From: Patescibacteria group bacterium
GTDB taxonomy: Bacteria; Patescibacteriota; Patescibacteriia; UBA9934
Direction: 5' to 3'
Assembly (NCBI GenBank): GCA_041666145.1
Contig: JBAYHK010000002.1
Location: 260 to 64,259, forward strand
Length of the DNA: 64,000 bases
Shown: positions 10,875-19,588 of the stretch, piece by piece
Numbering within the stretch: the first letter of the stretch is position 1
Layout of the letters: every line of letters starts with the position of its first letter
Position numbers and translations under genes: made by a program
Notes under the pieces: generated by a model
Told to the model about the DNA's origin: nothing
Databases searched by the model: none
What the model saw: the letters and a program-made list of their open reading frames with translations, nothing else

Positions 10875-11513
10875 ATGGCATCCAAGCAGAAATCAAGAAA
10901 AAAGCTGTCAGTTGAAGAAAAACTCACGGCTGCCGCAGAAAGGAAGAATAAACGTCTCATGGCAAAGAGCCATGTTGTGAGAGACGTATCCCTATTCCCG
11001 ATGACAGAAGTCCGCAATCGCGCGGACTTCGTGTGGCTCGCCGGCGGCCCTGTTCCTTCAGAAAATGTCTTCAGTTGCCCAGAAACAGTGCCGCTCGATC
11101 AAAGAGGGGCTATCTGTCTGTTCGAAAGAAGTGAACTTCTGGATTTCGTAGGCGAACACCATTTCGTCGGAAGCGGATGGCAGATCGAAAATTGTGAGTC
11201 AGAAAGGGTCGAGGACAGACTCATCGATGCTCTGGATGAACAAAAAGCACGGGAAATTGAAGCAATCAATAAGCGAAAAGCACGGGAAGAGGAAAGAGCT
11301 CATCGGGCCTTCTACTTTCTAGTCCCAGATGGAAGTGAGCATTTTGACTTCGACGAGTCAATTGCTCAAATGGAGGAACGAGAGAGTGACGCACAACAAG
11401 CTCTTTCACCCACTCCATCATTCATCAGTCGCATAGAAAACAAAACCTCGGCACGGTTTTCAAGCAAGGCCAGAAGAAGAAGATACTGGAACAGCGCCGT
11501 CGAGGAGGCCTGA
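10875..11513 (+). CDS. Hypothetical protein
   Basis: 212-aa ORF preceded by GGAG; no recognisable family. Confidence 0.6.
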   Translation: MASKQKSRKKLSVEEKLTAAAERKNKRLMAKSHVVRDVSLFPMTEVRNRADFVWLAGGPVPSENVFSCPETVPLDQRGAICLFERSELLDFVGEHHFVGSGWQIENCESERVEDRLIDALDEQKAREIEAINKRKAREEERAHRAFYFLVPDGSEHFDFDESIAQMEERESDAQQALSPTPSFISRIENKTSARFSSKARRRRYWNSAVEEA

Positions 11514-11615
11514 GGAGTAGAAGGAAAGAAATAGACAACGAGGGCGGATGCATACGCAGTGCATCCGCCATACCCGCAGAGGTCATGATGAAAGATCGTG
11601 GCATGTGCAGGTACA

Positions 11616-11648
11616 AAAAAATCCCCATTCTGATGAATGGGGATTTTT
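11616..11648. terminator. Bidirectional intrinsic terminator
   Basis: AAAAAATCCCCATTC-TGAT-GAATGGGGATTTTT. Confidence 0.8.
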
Positions 11649-11666
11649 GTAAGGTCGAAGTTGTAA

Positions 11667-12014
11667 TTATTCTTCAATCTCCGCAAAGAACCAACTCATT
11701 AACGTACTCACCGCCCAGATCAAAATTCCGACCGCGAGCGCCGGAAGAAACCCGTCGACGGAAACACCCTTCACGAACGTCGTCATGAACCAGACGATTC
11801 CGCCATTAATGACGAAGGTAAACAATCCAAGAGTAACGATGTTGACCGGAAGAGTGAGGACGATGAGAATCGGACGAATGATCGCGTTCAACAGTCCAAG
11901 AATCAACGCCGCAACCAAGGCTGAATAGAAACTCGAAACGTGAAATCCTGAAATGATCTGTGTTGCTGCGAGCAATGTGACTGCATTGACGAGCCATCGA
12001 AGAAGAAGTTTCAT
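11667..12014 (-). CDS. YvlD/4-TMS phage-holin-family membrane protein
   Basis: LGLLNAIIRPILIVLTLPVNIVTLGLFTFVIN signature. Confidence 0.88.
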   Translation of the reverse strand: MKLLLRWLVNAVTLLAATQIISGFHVSSFYSALVAALILGLLNAIIRPILIVLTLPVNIVTLGLFTFVINGGIVWFMTTFVKGVSVDGFLPALAVGILIWAVSTLMSWFFAEIEE

Positions 12015-12037
12015 AAAGTTTTTAACGGAATTAATGT

Positions 12038-12265
12038 TTATATTTCGCTATCACCAGATTGGCCGTCAATAACAGCAAACTTCTTTTTTAATGTTACAAC
12101 AGTATTCTCAACATCTGCTAATTTTTCTTTGAGCATCTTTGCAAGCTCAAGTCCACGTTCGAACTTCTTCACCCCTTCATCAAGATCAACATTCTGCGTT
12201 TCAAACCATTCTGTGATTGCTTCAAGCTCCGCGAATGCCTCTGCAAATGTTTGTTTTTTTACCAT
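12038..12265 (-). CDS. xseB: Exodeoxyribonuclease VII small subunit
   Basis: FAEAFAELEAI...LDEGVKKFERG; follows xseA. Confidence 0.93.
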   Translation of the reverse strand: MVKKQTFAEAFAELEAITEWFETQNVDLDEGVKKFERGLELAKMLKEKLADVENTVVTLKKKFAVIDGQSGDSEI

Positions 12266-12270
12266 ACGTT

Positions 12271-13545
12271 TTACAACAATGATTCTTGTCTGGCATTCCC
12301 TTCTACAATCGCTGAAATGCTTCCGTCTGCCAATTGTATGGCCAAACGCTCCCCCGCCGCAACGTCACCAGAATGACGAACAATTCTCTTTCCAGACCTT
12401 ACCAATGCATACCCCCGCCGTAAAACCTCCTTTGGATCCACACTTTTCAAAACACGTTCAAGCTCTCCAATGGAACGCTGCGAGGCTTCAATGATTCGAG
12501 CAACTGCACCGTTGAATGTTTGCGTTCGCCGATCAACATGATCGATAGTTGCCACCAAGCTTAATCGGAATCGTTCAAATGCATAACCGAAACGCTGCGT
12601 TACACTTGCGATCGATTCAGTGACTCTCGCGATTGACCGATCGAGAATATTCACGGAACGATCTACTGAATGTGCACAGCGATCGAGAATGAATTGCAGC
12701 TGATCACCAACACGATCGACGTCCATTGAAATCTCCGACATGATCGACCGCGCATCTGGTACCACGCGCTCTGCAGCGTTACTCGGAGTCGATGCACGAA
12801 CATCGGCAACGAAGTCGCACAATGATTCATCTCTTTCGTGCCCCACACCGACCACAACCGGAATTTCACTTTGAAAAACTGCACGAGCAACTTCTTCACT
12901 ATTGAATGCGTGAAGGTCTTCAAGACTTCCGCCGCCACGAGTAAGAACAATAACATCTGGACGATCAGCACCCGAAAGGGCGTTCAACTGTGCAAACGCC
13001 GCAAGAATTTCTCCAACGGCATATTGCCCCTGCACATAAACAGGAACGTGCAGCACGGTTACTCCGCGCCAACGATTATTCAAAATGCGAAGAAAGTCTC
13101 CATAGGCAGCAGCTTCCGACGATGTAATTAAACCAATGCGGTTAGGAAACTGTGGAATTGATCGCTTACGCTCAATGTCAAAAAGTCCTTCGAGCTTTAG
13201 TTTTTCTTTCAACAAAAGATATGCCTTCTGCAATGCACCTTCTCCAACCAATGCGACCTCAGAAACATTAAATGTAAACTTTCCAAAACGTTCAAAGACT
13301 TTTGAATAGCCCGTAATCTGCACCCGCATTCCGTTTGCAACAGGAACAGTGAGCGCGAATGTTGTCATGAAACAAGAAATCTTCGCTTCAGCATTCTCAT
13401 CTTTCAAATCAAAGTTCACCCATTTTCCTTGACTGACTTTGTAGTCAGCAACTTCACCTTCAATCACCATGTTCTCCGTTGGAATCGTTCGAAGCGCATG
13501 GTTCGCGAGATTAAGATAATCAGAAACAGAAATAACGGCGCGCAT
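12271..13545 (-). CDS. xseA: Exodeoxyribonuclease VII large subunit
   Basis: OB fold; RGGGSLEDL, GVGHERD and RASTPS motifs. Confidence 0.97.
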   Translation of the reverse strand: MRAVISVSDYLNLANHALRTIPTENMVIEGEVADYKVSQGKWVNFDLKDENAEAKISCFMTTFALTVPVANGMRVQITGYSKVFERFGKFTFNVSEVALVGEGALQKAYLLLKEKLKLEGLFDIERKRSIPQFPNRIGLITSSEAAAYGDFLRILNNRWRGVTVLHVPVYVQGQYAVGEILAAFAQLNALSGADRPDVIVLTRGGGSLEDLHAFNSEEVARAVFQSEIPVVVGVGHERDESLCDFVADVRASTPSNAAERVVPDARSIMSEISMDVDRVGDQLQFILDRCAHSVDRSVNILDRSIARVTESIASVTQRFGYAFERFRLSLVATIDHVDRRTQTFNGAVARIIEASQRSIGELERVLKSVDPKEVLRRGYALVRSGKRIVRHSGDVAAGERLAIQLADGSISAIVEGNARQESLL

Positions 13546-13546
13546 A

Positions 13547-14365
13547 TTATTTCAGCTCAACAATAACAACTCGGTTCTCAAGCATTGCACTCATCACAAT
13601 CTCCTGCGTGTACACATATTTCTCACCACGGCGCGTTCCTGGATCATTCACAAAAAAGTTCTTACTGTCATATCCTCGAAGCACAATCCAGTGTTGCGGC
13701 AATCCTTCAGCAATGAAAAAAGGATTCTGCAACACATCACCATTCGTTGGCACGAGCACTGGCGTTCCTTGATACAGATATGTCTTGATTTCCTCAATCG
13801 TCGGATCCTCAATGACCGTCGCGTTTAACGACTGATCATACGACTCAATGAACGAAGCGAATTCGATGGACGAAAATTGTGGCGGCAGGCCACGCTCTTT
13901 CTCACTCGCAATAATCGCGTCGACGAAGTCAATCGGCGCCGACGGAACGAGGAACTCATGAACCATAAACAATGACGCTTCTTCACTGGCGTTCGCATGT
14001 GCTTCGTCCCAAACTCCGCTCTGACACTGCACTAAAAATGGCACAGCAAGATCTACAGACTCCGGCAATTGCGGCGCAATAATATCAAGCGCAGCCTTTG
14101 CAACGTCACTGAGCAACACGTTCGATACAGCGGCTTCTTCTGTAATAGTAGTCAATTCTTGCTGATGTTCGTTCGCTATCTTTGCATTTTGATACACCAC
14201 CGACGGAACTGTTGATGTTGGCACAAGTGGCCCACCATGTACTCGCTGATAAACATATAAACCAAAACTCACCGCCAGAACAAACAAAAACAAAAATCCG
14301 TACCATGGTTTCCACGAAGTCTTTTCACCGTCAAATGGATTTGAAAGGAGAGATTTTAAAATCAT
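13547..14365 (-). CDS. Membrane-anchored C39-like peptidase homolog (catalytic Cys replaced by Ser)
   Basis: LAVPFLVQ...ASEEAS...HWIVLRGYD...NDPGT; N-terminal TM. Confidence 0.7.
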   Translation of the reverse strand: MILKSLLSNPFDGEKTSWKPWYGFLFLFVLAVSFGLYVYQRVHGGPLVPTSTVPSVVYQNAKIANEHQQELTTITEEAAVSNVLLSDVAKAALDIIAPQLPESVDLAVPFLVQCQSGVWDEAHANASEEASLFMVHEFLVPSAPIDFVDAIIASEKERGLPPQFSSIEFASFIESYDQSLNATVIEDPTIEEIKTYLYQGTPVLVPTNGDVLQNPFFIAEGLPQHWIVLRGYDSKNFFVNDPGTRRGEKYVYTQEIVMSAMLENRVVIVELK

Positions 14366-15750
14366 ACGGCGTGCTTTCGTGCCCATTCCGCAACAACCCA
14401 CGTTGCCCGAACATCGTCTTCGTTGTAACGCAAAACGTCATCAAGCAATTCCCTATTTCCCGTAGTCAACCATTCTTCATACCACAACACAGAATTCAAA
14501 CCAGAAGCATCGTCATGACGCCAACGGAATCCAAGAAACTGCGCAATGTCTTTAAGCGAATAAAATGACAAAGGGAAAATGATCGCCTCACGCAGTCGCT
14601 CTAAAACGTCCACCGATCGTTCTGCAAGATCATCGATGAATCCTTCTGGAGCGCCATAACGTTCCGCCATTAATCGGAAAACATCCTGCTCATACCAACC
14701 GTAATGATAAAGCGGCAATCCTGGACGTGATTGCATGAATGCAACAAACCCCTCCCACGCAGACCGCTCTTCTTCTTGCTTCTCTGCGAGAAAAGTATGG
14801 AACTCGCTTTGAGCGCCATGAATATCAAGCACGCCGAAAAGATAGTGCAAGTCACGAAGCGGGTCTGCTTCAATGTCAACAATAAGTGCGTCTCCTACTT
14901 CTGGAAGATCAACGTGTCCAAGAATTGTTGGAACACCAGAAGTCAGTGCCTTCGCGCCAAGAATAAGAAAGTGCAGACGCTCTTGCGTAACTCCATGAAC
15001 ATGACGCGTGAGTAAATCTGGGTTCTGTGCAGCAAGTTGTGCAACTGTAGTAATACTCGCGTTTTCAAGCGCTGTAACTTCACTGCGCCATATGCGATTC
15101 AATCGGGAAAGATGGTCTGCAGAAATCGTTTCGTGTTTACATTCATTGAACCATGGCGACTGTTTACAATCCGACGTTAAAAAATGTGGCTCTATGACGC
15201 CTTCAAGAATGCGTTCGATTCCGTCGAGTGACAGCCGAAACTTTGTTTCATATTCATTGAGTACATAAGACTCAACTGCACCGTCTGGTCGCATAACGTA
15301 ACCTTGCTCTGGCTTGCGACCCTGTAATAAACGAAGAACCTCTGCGTAAAACGCACCCTGAACACAATATTCATCCTTTAAATGTCTGGAACGCTTAATG
15401 TCACAAGCAACGTAATAATAGTCGCCAAACGTTGACTTGCCATCAATGCGCTCAAAAAGATCTGGCGTCGCAACCCAGTGACCATGGATAAGTGTTCCGC
15501 TGTAAATCGATGAAACGCCTTCCTTCATGAGTTCTAATGTTTTTGCAAAAGCATCGTCATCATTTTCCGCAACAACTTCAACAGACTTTCGATTCACCAA
15601 AATCAAACGCTCCTGCTCTTGAAGCAGCTCGTCATCTTGCACGCGCAACCGAAGAGGATTCTCTCTGAATTCTCCACGCGACTCATGCGCAATCCAAGAA
15701 GGACACTTTAAATACTTATAAAAGCTATGTTTTGTAATGCGCTTTTTCAT
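14362..15750 (-). CDS. TM0106-family RecB-like nuclease
   Basis: PDL...DIK PD-(D/E)xK domain; C-terminal RNase H-like DIEAD...YSLKDIA...YNEDDV. Confidence 0.85.
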   Translation of the reverse strand: MKKRITKHSFYKYLKCPSWIAHESRGEFRENPLRLRVQDDELLQEQERLILVNRKSVEVVAENDDDAFAKTLELMKEGVSSIYSGTLIHGHWVATPDLFERIDGKSTFGDYYYVACDIKRSRHLKDEYCVQGAFYAEVLRLLQGRKPEQGYVMRPDGAVESYVLNEYETKFRLSLDGIERILEGVIEPHFLTSDCKQSPWFNECKHETISADHLSRLNRIWRSEVTALENASITTVAQLAAQNPDLLTRHVHGVTQERLHFLILGAKALTSGVPTILGHVDLPEVGDALIVDIEADPLRDLHYLFGVLDIHGAQSEFHTFLAEKQEEERSAWEGFVAFMQSRPGLPLYHYGWYEQDVFRLMAERYGAPEGFIDDLAERSVDVLERLREAIIFPLSFYSLKDIAQFLGFRWRHDDASGLNSVLWYEEWLTTGNRELLDDVLRYNEDDVRATWVVAEWARKHAV

Positions 15751-15771
15751 GAAAGGTAGTGTAGGGAAAAA

Positions 15772-16002
15772 TTATAACTTTGCATATCGCTTCGCTGACT
15801 CTTTAAACGTAAAGAGCTTTTCAATCGGACAGTGAAAATATTCAGCGATAGCAAAGGCAACACGGAATGTTGGTTGAGACTTTCCAGACTCTAAAGCACT
15901 AAGTGATTGACGAGAAATGCCAAGGATTTCAGCGAGTTGGTTTTGAGATAAACCTGAAGTGAGCCGGATTCCTTTGAGGTAAGAAATGAAAATTTTAGTC
16001 AT
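15772..16002 (-). CDS. Small XRE-family HTH regulator
   Basis: LSQNQLAEILGISRQSLSALESGKSQPT...IEKLF. Confidence 0.9.
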   Translation of the reverse strand: MTKIFISYLKGIRLTSGLSQNQLAEILGISRQSLSALESGKSQPTFRVAFAIAEYFHCPIEKLFTFKESAKRYAKL

Positions 16003-16013
16003 AACGGGCGAAG

Positions 16014-16140
16014 GGGTATGTCTTTTTTATCATTTCCACGATGTAAAGTCGACTTTACATCGGATCATCAAAAACCCTAGCATTTTCATGAATCGTATGT
16101 AAAGTCGACTTTACATGGCGAGATCGAGAAAAAGGCACAC
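16014..16140. repeat. Palindromic element copy 1 (arm - 20-bp palindrome - 36-bp core - palindrome - arm)
   Basis: ATGTAAAGTCGACTTTACAT at 16041-16060 and 16097-16116; homologous to 40781-40902. Confidence 0.85.
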
Positions 16141-16271
16141 CGACACTCCAATGTTCAAACAGCAAATAGATTTTTAGCTCTCTCGTATTCAACGCTCACC
16201 TCGTTTCTCATTTCTTCTTTCTGTAAGGTCTTCGACTTTTGCTTTTAAATTCTCAACACGAGACATACTTA

Positions 16272-16742
16272 TTATTCTAAAGACTTTTCCCAGGAAGATA
16301 TAACGTCCAGTGCACATTGTTCAAAAGAATCTGCATAAAGCAATTTTCGAGGCTTATGAAAATGTTGATTAACATACTCAATATCAATGTCGCTCTCGTA
16401 ATGTTGTTTAGAAACTCGCTTCTTGCTGCATGCGTAAACTACGATGGGAATTTTTGCCCAATATGCTGCGACCAGACACATCAAACAAGGCTCTAAAGAT
16501 GAATACAGCGTGGCGTCGTTGAGGTTTCTCCTACCCAAAATCTTCGACGCTTTTCGAATGGCGTCGATTTCAGCGTGACTCGTTGCATCGATTTCATTTT
16601 TTCCGTTGCTAATACCTTCAGCGATTATTTCGTCATTACAAACAATCATTGCCCCAACCGGAAATCCGCCTTTAGCAACAGACATTTTTGAAATCTCGAC
16701 GGCGCGCTGGATGTATAGCTCTTGTGATGTTAACGGTTTCAT
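16272..16742 (-). CDS. Nucleoside deaminase (TadA/guanine-deaminase-like)
   Basis: PVGA, HAEIDAI, LEPCLMC zinc motifs; start placed at MKPL because the upstream ATG lies within a repeat. Confidence 0.9.
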   Translation of the reverse strand: MKPLTSQELYIQRAVEISKMSVAKGGFPVGAMIVCNDEIIAEGISNGKNEIDATSHAEIDAIRKASKILGRRNLNDATLYSSLEPCLMCLVAAYWAKIPIVVYACSKKRVSKQHYESDIDIEYVNQHFHKPRKLLYADSFEQCALDVISSWEKSLE

Positions 16743-16812
16743 ATGTATTTTTTCTATTCCCGCCATGTAAAGTCGACTTTATATGGTGAGATGGCGAAAA
16801 ATGAAGTGTGCC
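16741..16812. repeat. Palindromic element copy 2 (single-palindrome form)
   Basis: ATGTAAAGTCGACTTTATAT at 16765-16784 with similar arms and no core. Confidence 0.75.
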
Positions 16813-16927
16813 AACCTAATTACCCTCAAGAATTCGATTCAAGACTTCACAACATTCTTCTCTACCTCTCTTAATTCAATTCGAACTACAAATCATCACA
16901 TCGTCGAAACACAAAGGACCGCCTCTT

Positions 16928-17311
16928 CTAAATGTTCTCATCCAAAAACTTTTTCACCGCCTGTACATCTTTCTTTTCAGGATCATATCGATAAGAAGCA
17001 ATGCCGATCGATAGAGCAGCGTTAACTGCATCGATATTATTCTCTACATACAAAACATCATCCTTTGAAAAATTCTTCGCTACAAAAAGTCGCAAAAAAT
17101 ATTCGGGATCGGTTTTATCTGGTTCATGATGCAATGTAAATACTTCGTAAGGAAGAGAATCAATGCCAAACTTTTTCATCTCTTCTTCATTCGCATTTGT
17201 TACGACAATTTTTGGATTATCGAACATGTTCAACATTTGAATCATCTCTTGATTCGGTCCTTCATCTTTTATGATCAAAGTACTCACCGCATCAATAAGT
17301 AATGTTTTCAT
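16928..17311 (-). CDS. Small HAD-like hydrolase
   Basis: LLIDAVSTL, VVTNA, PDKTDP, YVENN motifs. Confidence 0.65.
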   Translation of the reverse strand: MKTLLIDAVSTLIIKDEGPNQEMIQMLNMFDNPKIVVTNANEEEMKKFGIDSLPYEVFTLHHEPDKTDPEYFLRLFVAKNFSKDDVLYVENNIDAVNAALSIGIASYRYDPEKKDVQAVKKFLDENI

Positions 17312-17394
17312 ATTGAGAAAAGTTTTATCTTTTTAAATTCAGGCTACAGATCCCTCCTATTATCGGAATGAAACAACCAATAATCGACGACTGT

Positions 17395-17856
17395 CTACAA
17401 AATCCCTCTCGCTTTCACGCAGTCAAAATCTTTTTGCACCTTCGAATGAAGCGGCGATGGAAGCGTGTCGAGAGTAAACCAACCAATCTCATCCATTTTT
17501 TGTGGCTCGCCAATTTTCACTTGAGATGGATTGACGAGAACGGCGAATGTAAGCATAACCCAGTGTGTTGGAGTTCCATTATTGTTACGAAGAACATTGT
17601 GTGTGCCGCAAAGCGTTAAATCTAAAACGTCGGCACAATACTCTTCCATAACTTCACGTCGCACCGCAGCTTCCCATTCTTCTCCAAATTCCAACGCTCC
17701 TCCCCCGCAATCCCATGCGCCATGTTCATCTCGTGTATTCACGCTTCGTTTATGCAAAACAACATTTCCCTTTCCGTCATGACAAACAAAAATACACCCA
17801 ACACCAATACAATCCACACCACGTTTCACCAGGGTCTCTGTTTTATCATCCGTCAT
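17395..17856 (-). CDS. NUDIX hydrolase
   Basis: GGALEFGEEWEAAVRREVMEEY Nudix box. Confidence 0.92.
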   Translation of the reverse strand: MTDDKTETLVKRGVDCIGVGCIFVCHDGKGNVVLHKRSVNTRDEHGAWDCGGGALEFGEEWEAAVRREVMEEYCADVLDLTLCGTHNVLRNNNGTPTHWVMLTFAVLVNPSQVKIGEPQKMDEIGWFTLDTLPSPLHSKVQKDFDCVKARGIL

Positions 17857-17878
17857 ACCCGTTGATGCTAACACAAAA

Positions 17879-17902
17879 GCGGGGCATGGGAGCCCCGCCT
17901 AT
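17879..17902 (-). repeat. REP-like 24-mer, copy 1
   Basis: GCGGGGCATGGGAGCCCCGCCTAT, identical at four positions. Confidence 0.85.
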
Positions 17903-17913
17903 TATAGATTGAA

Positions 17914-18516
17914 CTATCTCACATCTTCGACCGTCACTTTCGTCATTGCGTCACCCCTCTTTATCTGATCAACAACGTCCATACCCACAGTCACCTCACC
18001 GAAAATTGTATAGGCATGCGGCAACGGAACATTGTCGAGCATAATGAAAAACTGACTTCCGTTCGTATTTGGACCCGCATTTGCCATGGCGACAGTGCCT
18101 CGAACATATGTACGGTCATCGTTCAACTCGTCTTCAAATTTATATCCAGGACCACCAGTTCCGTTACCGTTCGGATCTCCGCCTTGAATAACAAATCCTT
18201 CTTCACGTCGATGGAATGTTAATCCGTCAAAATATCCCGCAGATGCAAGATACACAAAGTTCGAGACTGTCTTAGGAGCTGTATCACTATAAAGTTTAAA
18301 AACAATTTCACCCTTATCAGTCACAAGACGAATCTGCTTATTTTGGATTTGCTCTGCAGGCAAAACTCCAGGAAACGTCCAATGTGTTTGAGCCACAACA
18401 GGAGATATAAATGAATCTTGTGTTTCTGGTGATGTTGTACTCGAAAGCGCGGAGCTTGTACACCCCGCGCCAGTCAAAACAAACACTGCACTAAAAAGAA
18501 AAAATAATGGTTTCAC
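17914..18516 (-). CDS. Cyclophilin-type peptidyl-prolyl isomerase, probable lipoprotein
   Basis: LTGAGC lipobox-like; FHR, FVIQGGDP, AMANAGPNTNGSQFF. Confidence 0.95.
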   Translation of the reverse strand: MKPLFFLFSAVFVLTGAGCTSSALSSTTSPETQDSFISPVVAQTHWTFPGVLPAEQIQNKQIRLVTDKGEIVFKLYSDTAPKTVSNFVYLASAGYFDGLTFHRREEGFVIQGGDPNGNGTGGPGYKFEDELNDDRTYVRGTVAMANAGPNTNGSQFFIMLDNVPLPHAYTIFGEVTVGMDVVDQIKRGDAMTKVTVEDVR

Positions 18517-18520
18517 ACGA

Positions 18521-18787
18521 CTACTGAAGTTGAACAGTCAATGCCTGAACTTTGGCCTGCTCTGATCGCAATGCATAAACCGATGTAAAAAGCACAGCAG
18601 AAAGCGAAAAAACGAGCACGAGCATCAGAACAAGGAGTTCCATACTTCCTGCTGGAAGCGCATGACAACTCTGACACAAATTATGATGACGTGTTGGCTG
18701 AATGACTGGAACGATATGAGAAGACGATGCTGTAGAACGCGTTCGGCGTATTGGTGTTACAGATTTTATTTTTTTCTGTGTTGGCAT
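18521..18787 (-). CDS. Small hypothetical membrane protein
   Basis: Basic N-terminus and single TM helix; operonic spacing. Confidence 0.55.
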   Translation of the reverse strand: MPTQKKIKSVTPIRRTRSTASSSHIVPVIQPTRHHNLCQSCHALPAGSMELLVLMLVLVFSLSAVLFTSVYALRSEQAKVQALTVQLQ

Positions 18788-18798
18788 ATATAGAAAAA

Positions 18799-19560
18799 TT
18801 ATAGCACGATCGCTTCTTGATTCTTTAGCGGCAAAGAAGCAGGACACCCTACTCCGTCACCTGCAACAATCCATTCTCCAACAACGGTAAAAACAACCTG
18901 AGTCTGAACATCGTTTACGAGTACATTCATCGTCTGTGCGAAAGAAGAATATTCTGTTCGGTCTCCCGCCCCAATTCGTCCGCCGCATCCTCCAATAATT
19001 CTTGTCTCTGGCCACATTACCGGAACGCCATTTGGCAAAGTATACGAAGTTAACAATCGATATCCTCTAGTGCCCACGGGAGACTTAGCACGTAACGCAT
19101 CTTGTGCTGTTAATAACGACGGCACAAAAGCATCAGGAATAACCCCAAGCGCAAAATCACCGAGCGACAGCACTTCAACAGCAAGAACGTCATGAGTATC
19201 CGCAACAACACTTGGAATTGACACCCACATACCAATTGAAGAATTCCATTGGTACACAACGGTCGCTTCCAAAGTTCCAAGATCCGCACGCTTTGCGAAT
19301 GAGAGCACGATTGGCGCATCGAGCGGAACATCGCTAGGCTCAATCCTATAGACGAGTCCAAGCAACGGATCGCCGATCGTTGCAGAAGTATCGACAGCAA
19401 CGGAGATATGCTGAGCCGTTCGCGCGAGTCCAGTAACACTCACTGCGCCGTCATCACTCCGCAAAGCTTGAGCCTCTGGAACATTCATCACAACAAACGC
19501 TCCTGCGAAGAGCATGAGCGCGAAAATAAACGCGAAAGAAGCAAAATGAAAACGTTGCAT
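18799..19560 (-). CDS. Hypothetical exported protein
   Basis: N-terminal hydrophobic helix, beta-rich body; operonic with metK-like gene. Confidence 0.6.
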   Translation of the reverse strand: MQRFHFASFAFIFALMLFAGAFVVMNVPEAQALRSDDGAVSVTGLARTAQHISVAVDTSATIGDPLLGLVYRIEPSDVPLDAPIVLSFAKRADLGTLEATVVYQWNSSIGMWVSIPSVVADTHDVLAVEVLSLGDFALGVIPDAFVPSLLTAQDALRAKSPVGTRGYRLLTSYTLPNGVPVMWPETRIIGGCGGRIGAGDRTEYSSFAQTMNVLVNDVQTQVVFTVVGEWIVAGDGVGCPASLPLKNQEAIVL

Positions 19561-19588
19561 ACAGAAAGTATACAACGTCATGCATTTA

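Noticed and set aside
11667-12014. Holin-family gene (and baseplate-J-like gene at 58054-59211) as prophage evidence
   Set aside because: Both sit in housekeeping contexts; no terminase, capsid, integrase or lysin genes nearby.
16041-16116. Palindromic repeats with a 36-bp spacer as a mini-CRISPR
   Set aside because: Only two repeats per locus, the spacer is nearly the same at the 16 kb and 40.8 kb loci, and no cas genes are present.
16189-16266. 25-codon minus-strand ORF MSRVENLKAKVEDL... after the deaminase
   Set aside because: Too short to assign; may be a truncated gene remnant but cannot be supported.
15772-17902. Run of small same-strand genes with repeats as an integron cassette array
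   Set aside because: No RYYYAAC...GTTRRRY attC structures recognised after the stops and no integrase.
18655-18690. CxxCH (CQSCH) motif as a c-type cytochrome
   Set aside because: It lies before the only TM helix in a basic, probably cytoplasmic segment of a tiny protein; no maturation genes seen.
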